Shown here one piece after another: positions 26,582 to 40,619 of a stretch of DNA of 64,000 bases. A program made the translations under genes and the position numbers. Source of the DNA: Ascidiella aspersa (Eukaryota); contig OZ004610.1 in the NCBI GenBank assembly GCA_963924565.1, positions 12,028,001-12,092,000 of the forward strand. The letters run 5' to 3'. Under the pieces are notes generated by a model that had not been told where the DNA came from, searched no databases, and was given only the letters and a program-made list of their open reading frames with translations. How positions within the stretch are numbered: the first letter of the stretch is position 1; each line of letters opens with the position of its first letter.

Positions 26582-29500
26582 AATTTAAGCTTAACGATGG
26601 TTTAGAGCCAAAACCAACTATCACTTTTAATCTGAAACCTTTTTTCATTCATTCGTAAAATCCATTTCGCCTGCGTTAACCAGGTTTAATCTTTATTGGA
26701 CGTTTTAAGCTTTGCGCAAATCGATCACATTTGTGTAGGCTGATATGAAAAGTTAAACATCTACAACCAAATTTTTGGCAAATTAATTTATTAACTACAG
26801 GTAAATTATATAGCTCTATTGTGATTTGTTACTGAAGTAAGAATTCTAATATTTCACTCAATGTGTTGGTGTTTTTTGTTCATTCATTAAGTGGGGATTG
26901 TTTTATGTGTAAACGGATTTTTTGTATGTTTACCTTATATGTGTAGCAATAAATAGACGCTGTGGTAATTGCCAGTGTGTGTACCCTTTTGGGTTCCCAA
27001 TCTTTTAGTTCGTGTAAACATTTTTATATTTTGGTCAGTCACCTTGTGATAAACAAACGAGCGAAAGGCGCGCGCCTTCTGCAGCGCGGTTTTCTATTGA
27101 GAACACTTAGGGGCGTCAACGAAACAATCAACACGTGTAACAAGTAGCAAATAAACTAATGTACACACCAACTATGATCTGTAGCCTACAAGCCGAAAAA
27201 CATATTGTTTGTTTTTGTACAATCGAAGCAGCTGCAAAATGCTGTAATCAAAATGACTATAGTAACAATAATCCATGTTGGCGCACTATACCAGCGTTAC
27301 ACGACATTCAGTTATATAGGCTACAGCATAAATTTTATTTAAAATGACGTCAATGTTCTTACACCGAGATTATACTTGATTTACTTAGCTCTGACAAAAA
27401 TATAGCCACCGCTTAGCCCGTTTTTTTTAACTTTTAAACAAAGCATTAAACATGTTCTTACCGGCAGTGCGAGAAATCTAACCGGTGTGATTGAGTGTTG
27501 GAGAAACTACAGACCCAACAGTGAACCGTCTTACAGAGCAAAGGCCTTAAGAAGATAATCCATTGACTCATTTTGCTGCGATAGCTTAAGTTTGTTGATG
27601 TGAAAACGGATTCTTGCTTTAATATTGACACTATTCCTGCTAATTTAGTTTATTGCTTGCTTGCGAACAAGAAAAAGGCGTAATTGTTAAACGACCCGCT
27701 GAACTGCTTTGCCCAACTTATCGATAAGCATTACGCGTATAATGATGTCACAAGGGCAGATTGAGATTAAAAGTTGCCTGTGGTTATAGTGCAAGAGGTG
27801 CGCAACCTGCGGCTTTTATGTGGCTTCGTACATGTTTGAGAAAAAACAAGTGTTTGCGAGTGTACATTAATACAAACGTTTTTTCAAGTTCACAGCAATC
27901 AGTAGCTTCAGTGTAATAAGTTACTAAACGGACAGACCTGATGGTCCTGCGAAAAGGGGCAGTTTTATATCCCTATTTACGAGAATAAGCTCGATTACCG
28001 AAATTGAAATTCGGTGACCGAAGACCCCAATAGCGAGTCGGTAATATGTTAGCTGATTTTGCGAAATGGGGGACCAACAAATTAATAAAAGCGACATTTT
28101 GTAAATTGCTTTAAATAAATTCAACAAAAAGTTTAACACTGTTAGGAAGGGTTGCCATAGGCATAGCAAATACGATGCATTTGGTCATTCTTAATGTCTT
28201 ATAGTTGCGCAAAAAGTGTATCGTAAGCCATTTAACGAAAAAATGACCTTCAAAATTGCAAATAATTAGTTACGGATTATTAAATTAGGACATTCAATCG
28301 ATCTGAAAACAACAACGAATTTTCGCATAAGGCCAATCGTCAGAGCCAGTGGGTGGCAATCAGCACTCGCCAAGAGCGAATTGCACTCGCATTAGCGAGC
28401 GGACGAGTGCATAATCCCAACCATGTTATGCTTAAATTGATTTTTATACCATCATTGCATTTCCATGTTTTTAATAATGAATTATGACAGTACAGACCTC
28501 TTTGTTTGTTTCGGTGTTTTGCCAGAACGTAATACTCTTATTATATAAGCACAGTGGCGTATCCAGCCGAAAATTTTGGGGGTGGGGGCAAAAAGTTTGA
28601 ACTTTTTGTTTAGCTTTTGCCATTATATTTACCGCCGTAACGAACACAATAACAATGTTAGCAAACCGTTTCGAGCAGCAACTGACTGAGTGTTAACGCA
28701 ATACTCCATTTCCAAGAAAACCAATCAAACAGCAAAAACTGACTTTTAAGTAGTAAAACTACATTAATGTATAGCAAATGTAATATTAACTACATCGTTT
28801 GTGACGTAACAGTGCATGACAATTGAAGGTGTGGCATGCCTGTGAACGACTGTTGTGGTACTGCTCACAAATGTTAAAAAAACAAAGAGTTAAGAGTAAA
28901 ATATTTATAAATTTTTGGGGGGGCCATGGCCAGCCACCCCCCCCCCCTCGTTAAATTGCTTACGATACACTTTCGCCCAACTACAACTAACCATTGACCA
29001 AACGCATGGCATGTTACATAAAACGTCCTAAACGTTCAATATTTCGATGAACAATTAAAACGATCCAATGGTGAAGAAAATAGTTATTTGCTGAACATCA
29101 GACCTAATAATATTTCTCAAGGAGAGATTTCGCGCTGTGAAAATAATATGGTAATAAAAACTCACATAAAATCATCTTGCATAATCTTGATTTAGAAAGG
29201 CGGATTAAAGCGGATAAAAATATTACCCGCAACATGCCAAGACTACATTCCAAACGGCTCACATATTGTTAATAAGATCGCTCTCTTTAACTATCAATTT
29301 TTATCCGTTTTTATTTTCAAAATCAGATTATTATTTGGCTTCTACATGTAGTTATAAACGAGCGAAAATTAAATTGTTCGGTTGTCCTTCTTTTCTTCTG
29401 CCGATGGTAACCCGGCCGGTATATAAGTTCTTAAATTTTCGGAGGAAGTCTTTGGCATTTTTATAAATAAGACAAAATAAGGTTTAAGTCAAACAGAAGG

Positions 29501-30336
29501 ACATTTGTTTTTTCTAGAACACTGTCCTTTGAAATATGGACAAATATTACAAATAAGGACCGCATGGTATACCTGCTTAAAAGGAACCCGATTAGCATAA
29601 TTCGAATGCCTTCCGCCGTAGGATTTTCGACCAAAATTTGTTAGGTTTTAACTTATTTGTGGCTGCAGAGAAGTGCGATACTTTTAACTTCGATACCGAT
29701 GTTTTAAACAGAAAGCATCGGGCGATCTGATATCAAATGACGTCATAACCAGGGGCAGGTCCTGGGCAACAGGGAAATGACCTCCAAATGATATATTTTA
29801 TGTTAACTTTACCCACGTGCATTAATGGATTTTCGAGCCTTCGCAATATGTTTTGCCAATTTTATAAAAGTAGACGGAAATAGTTACACCTTTTCTATGT
29901 GTCGATAGCCTAGCGCCGTGTGGACTCAGATACGCTACAAAATGCAAGTTCTGCCTATTTTTTTAGTTGACGCGATGTTTGCTGTTTGTGCGAATCTATA
30001 ACGTTTTCGCCATATTGCCATTGTATCGTGAGTAAGACCTATTAAACTTGCAAAAAAGCAATGTATGATTTTTTTGCACCGTGCTTTCGGTTCCGCAAAT
30101 TAATTGTGGTCCAGTTAATATTGTTAATTTCAAAACAGTTTTACATCGTAAAAAGCGAGATTAACTTTGCTTAAGTTTGCAATTATAAACAAGTTCATTC
30201 GAAATCAACACGAAAGCAACATAGACGTCACAAATTTATATTATAACGTCACCGATGCCAACCTAGTATCGAACGAGTACCAATAATAATATTTGACATC
30301 GGCTTATCCGTTATTATTGACCATCCCTACTAGCGA

Positions 30337-30408
30337 AACTTACTGCTTGGATGAAAGTCATTTACAAATTGTAACTTACTGCTTGGATGAAAGTCATTTA
30401 CAAATTTT
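30337..30408. repeat. Tandem duplication of about 36 bp
   Basis: aacttactgcttggatgaaagtcatttacaaatt occurs twice in tandem. Confidence 0.85.
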
Positions 30409-32069
30409 ATTTTATTTGTAAATGAATGAAGTTATTTTATTTAACCCATTGCCTTTCGTGTAGAAATTGTCCTTGCGTTGTATCCAAATCATTCCCTTTC
30501 ACTTGAATTTTCCAAAAATATTCAAATTCAAACCGAATTGTTGCGTGTTTTACGGCTCAATTAGGTGACGCGTTTCACTGCCAGTGTTCCGCCTTCGTCT
30601 TCGTGTGACGTTGCGCATCAAGATCGGAAAAAAGTGTTACCTTATAGGGGTACAACACTCCAGTATGTAGACAACTTTGTCTGTGTGTTACTAACTCCGT
30701 CTAACCTTGCTTGTGAAACGTATAGGTCACGTCAAACCAGCTTGTATTACTATACAAAATACCAACCGCTTACTTTTTTCTCAAAACAATTTTTCTCGTT
30801 TTTTTCTGCGCTAATTTGACAATGCGAATCCATTCTCGAATCCATGCGTGTGTTTTTTAATAAATTGTTTACTGAACATGTATATTTCCAAATCTTATAC
30901 GGGGTGGATCCAGGCATTTCGCCCTAAACCTGTCTGTTTTAACCATACGCTTCGCGCAAATCTCATCTGTTATTCTTGTATGTTTCACGTGTGTTCGGAA
31001 CATTTTTACACCCTCACTATGACACTCTTTTATACTAAAGTTTTCCAAACCTAATTTTCATAAATGCATTTTTGCATTTCGATCCGCTTTGTTTTTAATC
31101 TAATTTAGTTAATGCCGTTTTTTGTGTTTTGCCTAAATAATACGGTCCTGCTGTATTGCCTTAAATCACACATCTGAAACCTAAATAATTGAAGCGCATT
31201 GTAATTTTTTGTGCTACGAGCAGTTTTTTACGTGTTATATGTTCAGCTACAAATTTGGTCATGGTGGGCCTTACAAGTTATGGGTCAATGGCCTTTCCAA
31301 TTTGATAAATGCATCGGGCTATTTGCGTATCTGCTTAACGTGTTTAATGTGTCACGCCACATCTAAATCTAAATTTAAGGTTATGTGTTTTAACAATTTT
31401 CTTTCGCGCATCGCGTGACGCCTTGCTGCCTTTTTGTAAATTGGATTGCACTAATATTTAAGAGGGTTGCCGGCTTGCCTCACAATTTACGTCTTTGAGA
31501 TAAACCGAGTTTATTAAGGTAGGCAAAAATACATGCTTTCGAAACACAATTCAGATCCGAGCGCAAAGAATTTCTGCATTTACGTAGGTAAAATCGGCAA
31601 AATATACAGTTGAGGGCATGACCAAGTGGTCCTGGATGGTCTCCAGGTTTTTTTGGTATTTTAATTTTTCCTGTCATTTCCGACATACAACCCGAATCGA
31701 TGTACCAAATTAACTATACTAATTGACAAACCGTATTTACAAGTTACAGGTTAGTTCTGATAGGTTTTAAATTTTTCCTCATTGCTGATTTTATTAAGAT
31801 TTCTATTCTTGTTGATTAATTAAGACCTCTATGACGCACGACTTAAAAAAAAATTTGTACTACATAACTGTGAATTAGCGTAAAAACTAAAAGAGTAATT
31901 AACTGTATTTTGTGGGGAAGACAAAATGCCAAGACGAATTCCAAGGTGTGATTAATTTACTGTTGAAACATTATCTAATTTTTAAAACCTAATGTTTTTT
32001 TGTATTGTGATGTATCATACATAAATCTTTATTTTATTAAGACCCGGCCAGTTGGTAATCTGTCGCAGA

Positions 32070-32487
32070 GGCACACTGCGGAGTCGGTTAAAAATAACCC
32101 GAGTCCAACTCCCGAATCCGACTCCGGCCAAAAAATAAACCCGAGTCCTACTCCGGACAAATGTGCAATTTCGTTGAGTCCTAAGTCTGGCCCTGACTTT
32201 TAAACTTGTATTTCAACCATTTACGTAATTAAAATAACGTGGATATTCAGCAATACATTCTAGAGGTTTCATATAATTCATTCACTCACAAAACATGGTT
32301 GGAAAACATTCCATTATGTGTTATTCCACCTATACAATTTTAGATTGGCGGCCATATTAGTTTTAAAAGTACTGCGCATGTCGGACTCGGGACTCGGGTA
32401 GTTTTATGTGGTCTTACTCGAGTCCTAAGTCTTACTCCAGCAAAACAAACCGACTCCTCGTGCCCTGAGTCCGACTCCGCACCCCTG
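32070..32487. mobile_element. MITE, GAGTCGGACTCGGG family
   Basis: ctgcggagtcgg...ccgactccgcacccctg termini; the interior is homologous to 56865-57225 in opposite orientation. Confidence 0.7.
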
Positions 32488-33187
32488 GGCAGAGCCTCGA
32501 CATTTATTTAAAAGTTAAAGTGTGTACACCTGAATTAGTTAACGGTCACAAAAATTTTGAAAATAAGTTTGAGTCATTCTAAGCACACAGGTGTGTAAAA
32601 GTTATAATTGCACACGACTCATGGAAGTTTGACGCTACATTCTCAAAAACTAAAATTCCAGGCGAGTCTGTATTTCATGGCAGTCGGAAAATCATAAAGT
32701 GCACATGGAAATTTAAACAATACCCGAGATGGACTTTTTTTACCTTTGTTGCATCGGTCACCCACTTTTTTTTCAGTCCTGCACCTACGAGATCTGCAAG
32801 GCTTTTTAGACTGGCACCTGAAGTTTCGGAATGTTACACACATCAACTTTTTGCTGGAATTTAGGTGTGCAAGTTACTAATTTTATAGTGTGCACACAAA
32901 TTGAATATATTGGATGTGCACTTGCCACAGAAAGCAGACTGGGTCCCAGGATGCCAAACAAAGAAAGCTTAAACATGATATAAAATTTTATTTTTATACC
33001 CTTGACTAGGTTTGCAAACAGTACATAGTCCACTGATTTAAAAGCGCATAGCAGTAAAGCGATATAACCCACAACCTTGCAATTACAAAAATACAACTTT
33101 TTGATGTCCAATTCTAGAAATCAGCCATTATCACTTTTTTTAACAGATACTGATAAACAATTTTTTATGTTATGGACAACTGATAAC

Positions 33188-33575
33188 TAGGGCGAATATT
33201 TTTTGACCTGAAAAATCAAAAAAATTTGACAAATTTTGACCTGAAAATAATTTACTTTGACAAAATTTTGACCTGTTAGAAATACATTGATTTAAATAAC
33301 CTAGGTGACGTTAATCACGCGTGTTTTATACTGTATGTTGCTCTAATCAAGATATAATACAGTTAAAATGACTTCATTTTTTTTTATAAAATGAGAGATA
33401 AATTTCAAAATAACCGAACGACCAATTTCCAAAAGCTGACTTTAGTTTTTTTTTTAATTTTGTAAGCGATTTATGTGCAATTTGATTTGATTTTAACCTA
33501 CAAAAATTTGGACCTAACGTGTAAATTTTGACAAAATTTGGACTTGTTTTGACAAGTCAAAAAATATTCGCCCTA
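33188..33575. mobile_element. hAT-type MITE with 8-bp TSD
   Basis: Terminal inverted repeat (TIR) TAGGGCGAATATTTTTT(T)GAC / GTCAAAAAATATTCGCCCTA; TSD ctgataac on both sides. Confidence 0.88.
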
Positions 33576-33998
33576 CTGATAACCAATACACGCACCATTT
33601 TACATGGGCTATGGTAATAATTCAAAATAATATTAACTTTATCTACTTACTTTCATACAACTCTTTTTGAATATTAACTTTGTATTTTGCGGAACAAGTT
33701 AAACCAAACACTATGATAAATCAAGCAGCCATAAAAATAATGGCCAAGGAGAAATTTTTAATTTAAAAAAGGTAATTAGTTTATTTATAAGGAAATATAT
33801 ATAATATTTTAAAAGTAAAATATCGGTCAAAACTTGCGAATATTATTGTTAAACTGATATATATCGGTCTCTATCAAATACATTAGGAACAGAAATACAC
33901 TTTTATTATCAATATTTTTTTTTAAGTTTGATTGCTGCATATTTAGTTTGCTTCAAGTAATGTGTTGGAATTTTCGATAGATATATTTTTTAATTCAG

Positions 33999-35669
33999 GA
34001 AACACAACAAGTGAACTTTTAAGCAGCCACCTTCCCTTTGATCCTGAATTCTATGTAAAGAATTACTGTAGCAACATTTTAAAAAAAGTTTACATACAAC
34101 TTTACAATGTTTCTCACATACTATGCACTTCATTAATCCTGCAACAGAATAAACTTAAAGCATTTTTTTGCTTTAGAAATAAAGAAGGACCATGTAAGGT
34201 GAAATTGAACAACTCTGTGTCTTCAAGTGGCAAAGTACAAGGTAAATAAATTTTAATATAGTGCTCAATAAATAACATGCATTATCATATAAAAGTGTAA
34301 AGTACATGATTTAATTAAACAGTGGCAACATATAATAAGTTAAAGAGGAAACATATTCTTCAAGCTGCATTTTTGCACATTTATAGGTCTTACTTTTTAA
34401 TCAACCTATGTGTGGTGCACATTTTTATCAATGATTTAGCACAAACTATAATTAAAATATCTAAGTCATGTTTAGCTTAAACATGGCACTTTATGTGATT
34501 TAATTAATCATACACATGTTGATAAACCTTGCTCAACAGTAAGTAGTTGGAAGAAGTTAAAAATAAATTTGTTGGCCTCAGTTTAGTTGCGTTACACTAG
34601 GGGTGCGCGAATCTCAGTTTAAGAACTGGGAAGATCTCAAATGCCTACCAAAGTTTAATAGTTAGGTGATGTTTTTTTTGAACTAGTTGATTGTACAGTT
34701 TTCAAGGTTTGACAAATACATATTAGTTAAGGAATTTATAAGAATTACTTTATATTGATAAATTCAGACCAGAATCTACAAGCTGATAATAGTGAATGAG
34801 TGCCAACACTGTATTAGTAATTTCAATAAAACATTTGTTTTTCAACACCACTTCTTGAATTTATATCAGAATACTTGTCTGGAAGTGTTCTCATTATTTG
34901 TCTTACTAGATGAAATTACTACCAAAGAAGACCAAATAAAAAAAGAAATTGGTTGGTGTGTAGACCAACTCCGTATGGGTATTTTTACACAAAGATCAAC
35001 TGAAAAACAAGGTAGAAAACGTCAGCAGATACAGTATTTATTTAAATAGGTATGATGTGTTTTTAACCCGTTAAAGTTATTAAAAAAATTAAAGAAATTT
35101 TTTTTTTTAATTTTTCTTTAAAATGTGATGTTAAGACATTTTACGACTATATAAACTATGAATTTTGTGATGCAGCTAAGGAATGTGACCGGGTCATAAG
35201 AATACTGACATCTTCCAAAACTTCCCTCGTAAAAAAGCGTCAAGCCATGCATCAAACGTTTGGTGACTATCGCAAAAAGATTCAAGAAGAAGAATTAAAA
35301 TGGGAGAGGGGTAATATTTTTAGATTTACATTTTTTTATTAGGCAATGGTAAAGAACATAATATTTTATCCAAGCTTTTTATTCAATTATAATGCTATAT
35401 ACTTTATTTTGTTATGCCATGTTTTTGAAATAGATATGGCAAAATCATCAGAAAAATTCTCCTTGAAGCAGCACGATCATCATTTACCACAAGGACAATT
35501 TCTCAGAGTTGCTACAACAAAAACAAACGAGTTTGGCTCCATGTCAGACAATTTTACAGAACAGTCTTCTGAAATTTTAATAAAGTATTCAAAAAATTGT
35601 TTAGATAAAGAACCAAAAGAAACACATCTTTATAAGTTTAATTTTGAAATTGACGGGGATGTGCAATAA
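33999..35669 (+). CDS. UPF0488 / C8orf33-like (DUF4615) protein; 5' end unresolved
   Basis: Firm exons: 34910-35011 (QIKKEIGWCVDQLRMGI...KQ), 35176-35310 (KECDRVIRILTSSKTSLVKKRQAMHQTFGDYRKKIQEE) and 35434-35669 (ending YKFNFEIDGDVQ*). These match the C8orf33 hallmarks WCVxQL, KRQxMxxxFGDYR and a terminal FxFNF. Probable upstream coding exons lie within 33999-34241; the start codon was not found. Confidence 0.8.
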
Positions 35670-35734
35670 TGAATGTCATCTATTTAATCAAATTTTGTTT
35701 GTTTTTGTCATGATGGCGAAGGCTCTGGTTAGAA

Positions 35735-36518
35735 CAGGGGTCGGCAACCTACAGCCCGCCGATGTAATTCATCCGGCCCGCCGCCTCTTAGACAAATTAG
35801 ACACTCGTGAGTCTATTTCACAAACTTTTTGACTATTTTAACTACGTAATGGCGAAATATTTTCGCGCTTCGCGCGAAAGTTCATTCTACGTTCCGGTTG
35901 TTCACATTTTCATGCTACCTTTTCAACTAGATCAGCGATTCTTTGCCGTTGCGCCGTGGAAGGCTGCCAAGCGCGTCGCGCAAAAACGGAAAACGTTTAA
36001 AAAAATGCTGGACATATTTTTTAACATTACTTTATTTTTTATTTTCAGCAATGTAATACAAACTTAAAGAAATACCGGTATAAATTAAAAGAAAATACAA
36101 GAAATTAAAAGAAATACCGGTATACCCCCCCAAAAAAATCGCACTCGCTTCGCTCGCCATATACGCGACTTAAAATGCTTAACAAACACTGACACTGAGC
36201 TAGATTAACTTTAAATGTTATTGCATTCCCTTTAAGTAGTTTTATTATACTTTTCATTAGTAGTGTTGATGACGAACGTGTGAACTCGAATTTTAAACCA
36301 AATAAACGTTGTTTTCGCGCTTTGCGTCAACACTTTACTGCCTCTGTAAATGTAATTAAACACGTTTTTAAGTGCAAAAAATATCCGAGCCCCGCCTGAT
36401 TCACAGTCGTTCTAACATTTTAAAAACACAATTCTTAGTTAGCATTTTGTGCGGCGCCCACAAAGATCTTTCTTAGTTTGGTTTTGGCCCGCGACTAGAA
36501 AAAGGTTGTCGACCCCTG
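35735..36518. mobile_element. hAT (Buster/Charlie-like) non-autonomous element with 8-bp TSD
   Basis: TIR CAGGGGTCGGCAACCT / AGGTTGTCGACCCCTG; perfect TSD ggttagaa. It starts 66 bp after the C8orf33-like stop codon. Confidence 0.9.
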
Positions 36519-36945
36519 GGTTAGAAGAAATGTGGGAAGCTAGACGCTATGTCCCAAGTGAGCCTTGGGAGGCGTTTTTTACTCGGAACGATTTAGGGCA
36601 GTCCTTGCCAACCTCTGGGCCGCGAAGCATTTCTAAATGTTTCAGTTCAATAAAACTTGCATTAAAAGTGGGTCATGAACTGAAAAAGGTTGGGAAGCAC
36701 TGATTTAGGGAATATAAGTTCTACAGGTTGGCAGTTAAGTGTTTGTATACCTATCTCAAAAATGTTTTATGTTTGTAAAAATATGAAACGTTTTATATTA
36801 ATAACTAATCAGCTGGGAAAAAAAGTTTGTGCCGTACATATTAATTGGTGATACCATGGCATACTGACCGACTCCTATGATTTACAAAATTGTTAGCCAA
36901 ACAATTTTGTAATACATAGATTTTCTTACAAGCATTATTCCACTG

Positions 36946-37409
36946 CGTTGCCTTACTTGACGTCGCAATGCACGTCACCAATGTCCACTATATGTGATAA
37001 ATATGAATATCCATATTTTTTCGCTAAAGGGGGTTTGCTGGAAAGATGTAGCCAATATAAGGATTGCGTAGAAATTCCAACTCTGTATCGTCACAAATTT
37101 CGGAGATCTTGCCCAAAACCAATCTCGGCGCGCCTAGTTCGCCCAAGCGAGTGGGATTGGCGTTTTGTGAATTCATTGTACTTTATGCTATTCGATTGGA
37201 TACAGTTAGATCCTAGCGGTTTGAATCCTTGTGTTACGATATTATGTGTACTGAATTTGTCAATATACGCAACAAGCAAAATAAACTAAAGTGACTCTAT
37301 CTAGAGTTCAGGAAGTTAATGACAGGTATTTTAGCGGCCTGCTCCTTGGAGTCCGGTGTATGCAAGGAACGCGTAGAGACTGTCGGCCCTCGCCTTACCC
37401 GTGGCAACA
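36946..37409 (+). mobile_element. Candidate solo LTR
   Basis: Ends are (C)GTTGCC...GGCAACA, consistent with a TGTTGCC/GGCAACA inverted terminus carrying one change. Internal AATAAA near 37280. The 5-bp flanks are imperfect (cactg/tactt). Confidence 0.45.
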
Positions 37410-37567
37410 TACTTCAACGCTAAAATACTCCCAGTGGTGTCTGATTGGAATTAGGGGGTAACGTAGAAGTTTATTTTATTGTTAAGTACTCGCACGATCT
37501 TTCTTGTATTTGAACACTATTGTAGCAGTGTGGCTTAGAAAGACATTTAAAACAACATGTTGTAAAT

Positions 37568-38419
37568 CAGGGATGACCAACCTTTTAGCTAATGGGCCGC
37601 TTTCCCACTTTAAAAATTTCGATGGGTCGCAAAACCCGTTAAGTTAATGGGGTGACATCATAAGTTACGTCATAAAACAACTTAGCCTAACTTATAAAAC
37701 ACCCGCATCTCGGCCTTAAATTGAGTCTATAAATGCTATATCATGCCATTGTATACGACACCTTTTCGGCTAATATATTTCCTTAAAACGGTCCGCAAAA
37801 ACACACATCAACAATATTGGGTGCACAAGTGTTGGATTGATGTTGAAATACGACATTAGGCTCGATTATAGTCTCAAAATAAATATAAGATTATACGTAC
37901 ATCAAATACTCCGCATTCTACACGGTTTGATGATGGTCGAAAGTGGAAACAATTGCTTTAGATCAGGGGTTCTTAACCTTTTTTGTATGTTTTACCGTTT
38001 TAACAAAGATGAATATCAAATTTACCCCCAATATATAAAGTGGTGCTCATTTATTAAAAAACGAAAGTACCTTATTACATCAGTCATATTCAGTGCGACG
38101 GCCGCCCTTGTTCAATATATGGTAAAGTAGTAGATAATGCCCAACGAGTATCTTCAATATGTTAAGTTGGTTTCATGCTCTAGGTTTATAGTAAGGAATG
38201 CAGAGAAGCCGATTCGCATAGGTTAGTTGAAGAAAATGGAACCAGAATATTCAGAGCTTGAGTACATATCCTTGGATTTACCCCCTGAAACTAGGAAATT
38301 TACCCCCTGGGGTAAATCTACACCACCTTAAGAAAGGCTGCTTTAGATAAAGGTTACTGAAAGTAAGAATAAGTGGTGGGCCGCAATGCGGCCCGCGGGC
38401 CACAGGTTGGACATCCCTG
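37568..38419. mobile_element. hAT-type MITE carrying a nested insertion
   Basis: TIR CAGGGATGACCAACC / GGTTGGACATCCCTG; perfect TSD ttgtaaat. Same family as 49122-49606 in opposite orientation. Confidence 0.9.
37964..38340. mobile_element. Nested hAT-type MITE
   Basis: CAGGGGTTCTTAACC...CCTTAAGAAAGGCTG flanked by perfect TSD ctttagat (37956-37963 and 38341-38348). Confidence 0.88.
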
Positions 38420-40619
38420 TTGTAAATAATTAATAACTTAAGACAACTTAAATATTCAAGGTATGTTAGTTTTAATGGCGTACCGTTATCGCTGTTTTTC
38501 TTAGGGTACGTCACACACTTTGATTCAGGTTAAGCGTAGCTAAAAAGGTGTTAAGGACGGTTGTTTTGGTGCCTTTGGGCATTTATTTTGGAAAACTACA
38601 AATTAAAATTGTGATTTAAAGAACTAGTCCTACGTACAGGTTATAAATACCTAACTTGGGACAATAATGTTGTTTACGTATTTAAAAAATGGTCAGCAAT
38701 CGCTAGGGTTGTTCGAAGTGGTATATGGGGTCTTGGGGACCTTGGATTCGCCTAATTCTACCTTTCTGATCATGGATGTGAAACTGCTGTTAATTTTATT
38801 CAAAATGCACATATTTCTACGGGTGAATGTTGCGTCTATAATTCTCTTGGGGATACGCTGTGGTGAACACATGTAGGCTACATTTTAGGCCTACATGACA
38901 CTGTACCTACAGTGTTTGTTTTCAATGCAGCAATGCTGTGTGACGTTTTGCGGTTTTTTTTTTCAACAAATTACTTGTCGATACCCTTCTCCTATAGTAT
39001 ACTGTCAAACAATAGGCTTGCGTGGAAGAATTTTTGCAATTTCCCTAAATGCGTTGAGTTATAAAATTAATTTTCTATTATAAATGGCCTCTGACACAAT
39101 ACGCTACACGCGGTTCAGACACACTTCGAAACTAGTACCGAAATTAGCTTGAACAACAACCTAGCATATGCTGTGGTTTGTTTTTAATACATTTATTATT
39201 CGCGCTGTCGCATTCAGGTGCGGATTCCGGTGCAAATTTTTCACGAGTGACCATACTTACATGGTTAGGCGGTTTTAATTAATCTAACTGATAATGAGAT
39301 ATACTAGCAACATTTTTTTCTTCGATTTTCTCCACTCTTCGGGGGTTCGCAAGTCGCCACAACTGGTAGCCTTTCTAAATGCTTATAAAGAAAACATCCA
39401 ACCGCCAGGCGCGTGTAGGGCATATCATAATTGTAGATTGCCGATTACGAAGTAATGTTAGCTTGTATCGTTTATTCTTTATTCCATCACAGAAGGTAGA
39501 GTTGAAGGAAAGCAAGAAGGAAGGCCAGATAAAGTTAGGTGTGGTCTCAGACAAGAGAGAGAGCGGCCTCTGGCGAAGACAGTGCGGTCTCTGTGAAGAC
39601 AGCAGATACAGAAGCATATAAGCAGAGACAAGAAGACGACGAATGATACGACACAGCAGGAATGTTCTCCGCCGGTATAAACGGACCTATAGAGTCACTA
39701 TACGCGCATGACTTCATTTGTTTGGCTGATTATTTTACAACGGACCAGCAGGGGGGAGAAAAGGTGAAAAGGGCTCAAAAACAAAAAAGTAGGTATACTA
39801 AACTAAAGATTATACGGCTTTATAACTTATAAGTCCATCATTGGGCAAAGGGTTTAATTATGTCCACGTTTCAATAAGGAGGAGATTGGCCACCGTACAA
39901 CCTGACTTCATAAAATCGAATAACTTCTTTGACAATCTAAACGTGCATAATGTCAGATTGCAGAATTTAATTTATATTCGAAAAATTCAGCATAGCTCAC
40001 CATGTAGCCTATTACCTACCAAAAGTATAATGGAGCGTTTATGTAAATTTAGAATAACCTAAACGTTGTTTTGTTTCCTGAAAATGAATTATATTACCTA
40101 ATAATTCTATACGGAATAAAATACCAAGATTCCATTAATATTGGACTTAAGATGTTTGCTCGTTTTACAGTACATCTTTCCAGGCTAGAATATATAAAAA
40201 ACTGAAAAAAATTGTTACTTTATAATAGCATAGAATACTAATATACCAAAAATATATTTCTATTGTTGTGTAGCAATAATCCGTAACGAAATCCACGGAT
40301 GTTTTTTTAACGCAACACATCCTGCTCTTTAGTTTAGCGTTGCAAAAATAGGCTGCAGTTACGTTAGTTTGCTAATCGTTATACTACTTAGCTTGGAAAA
40401 GTATAACGATAAGCAACCAGTTTATTATTGAATAGTAAGGTAATGTTTAGCCACCAGTTTATTATTGGGTCGTACCAGGGTTGATCATATAAAAAAAAAA
40501 AAATTTGCATACTCGCTATAGTTGGAATAGTAACAATCAGCACGAAATAACACTCGCCACATGTCGGCATGGCGTCTGCGGATTTTAGCCTGATTAGATG
40601 ATATGCATTTGCTTTTTTT

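Noticed and set aside
33690-33771. First coding exon of the C8orf33-like gene
   Set aside because: A donor exists at 33772, but the ATG-initiated frame stops before it and the phase does not join cleanly to the exon at 33999. Left unresolved.
37837-38130. Similar short ORFs here and at 49081-49338, suggesting a small gene family
   Set aside because: Both lie inside copies of the same MITE, which explains the similarity.
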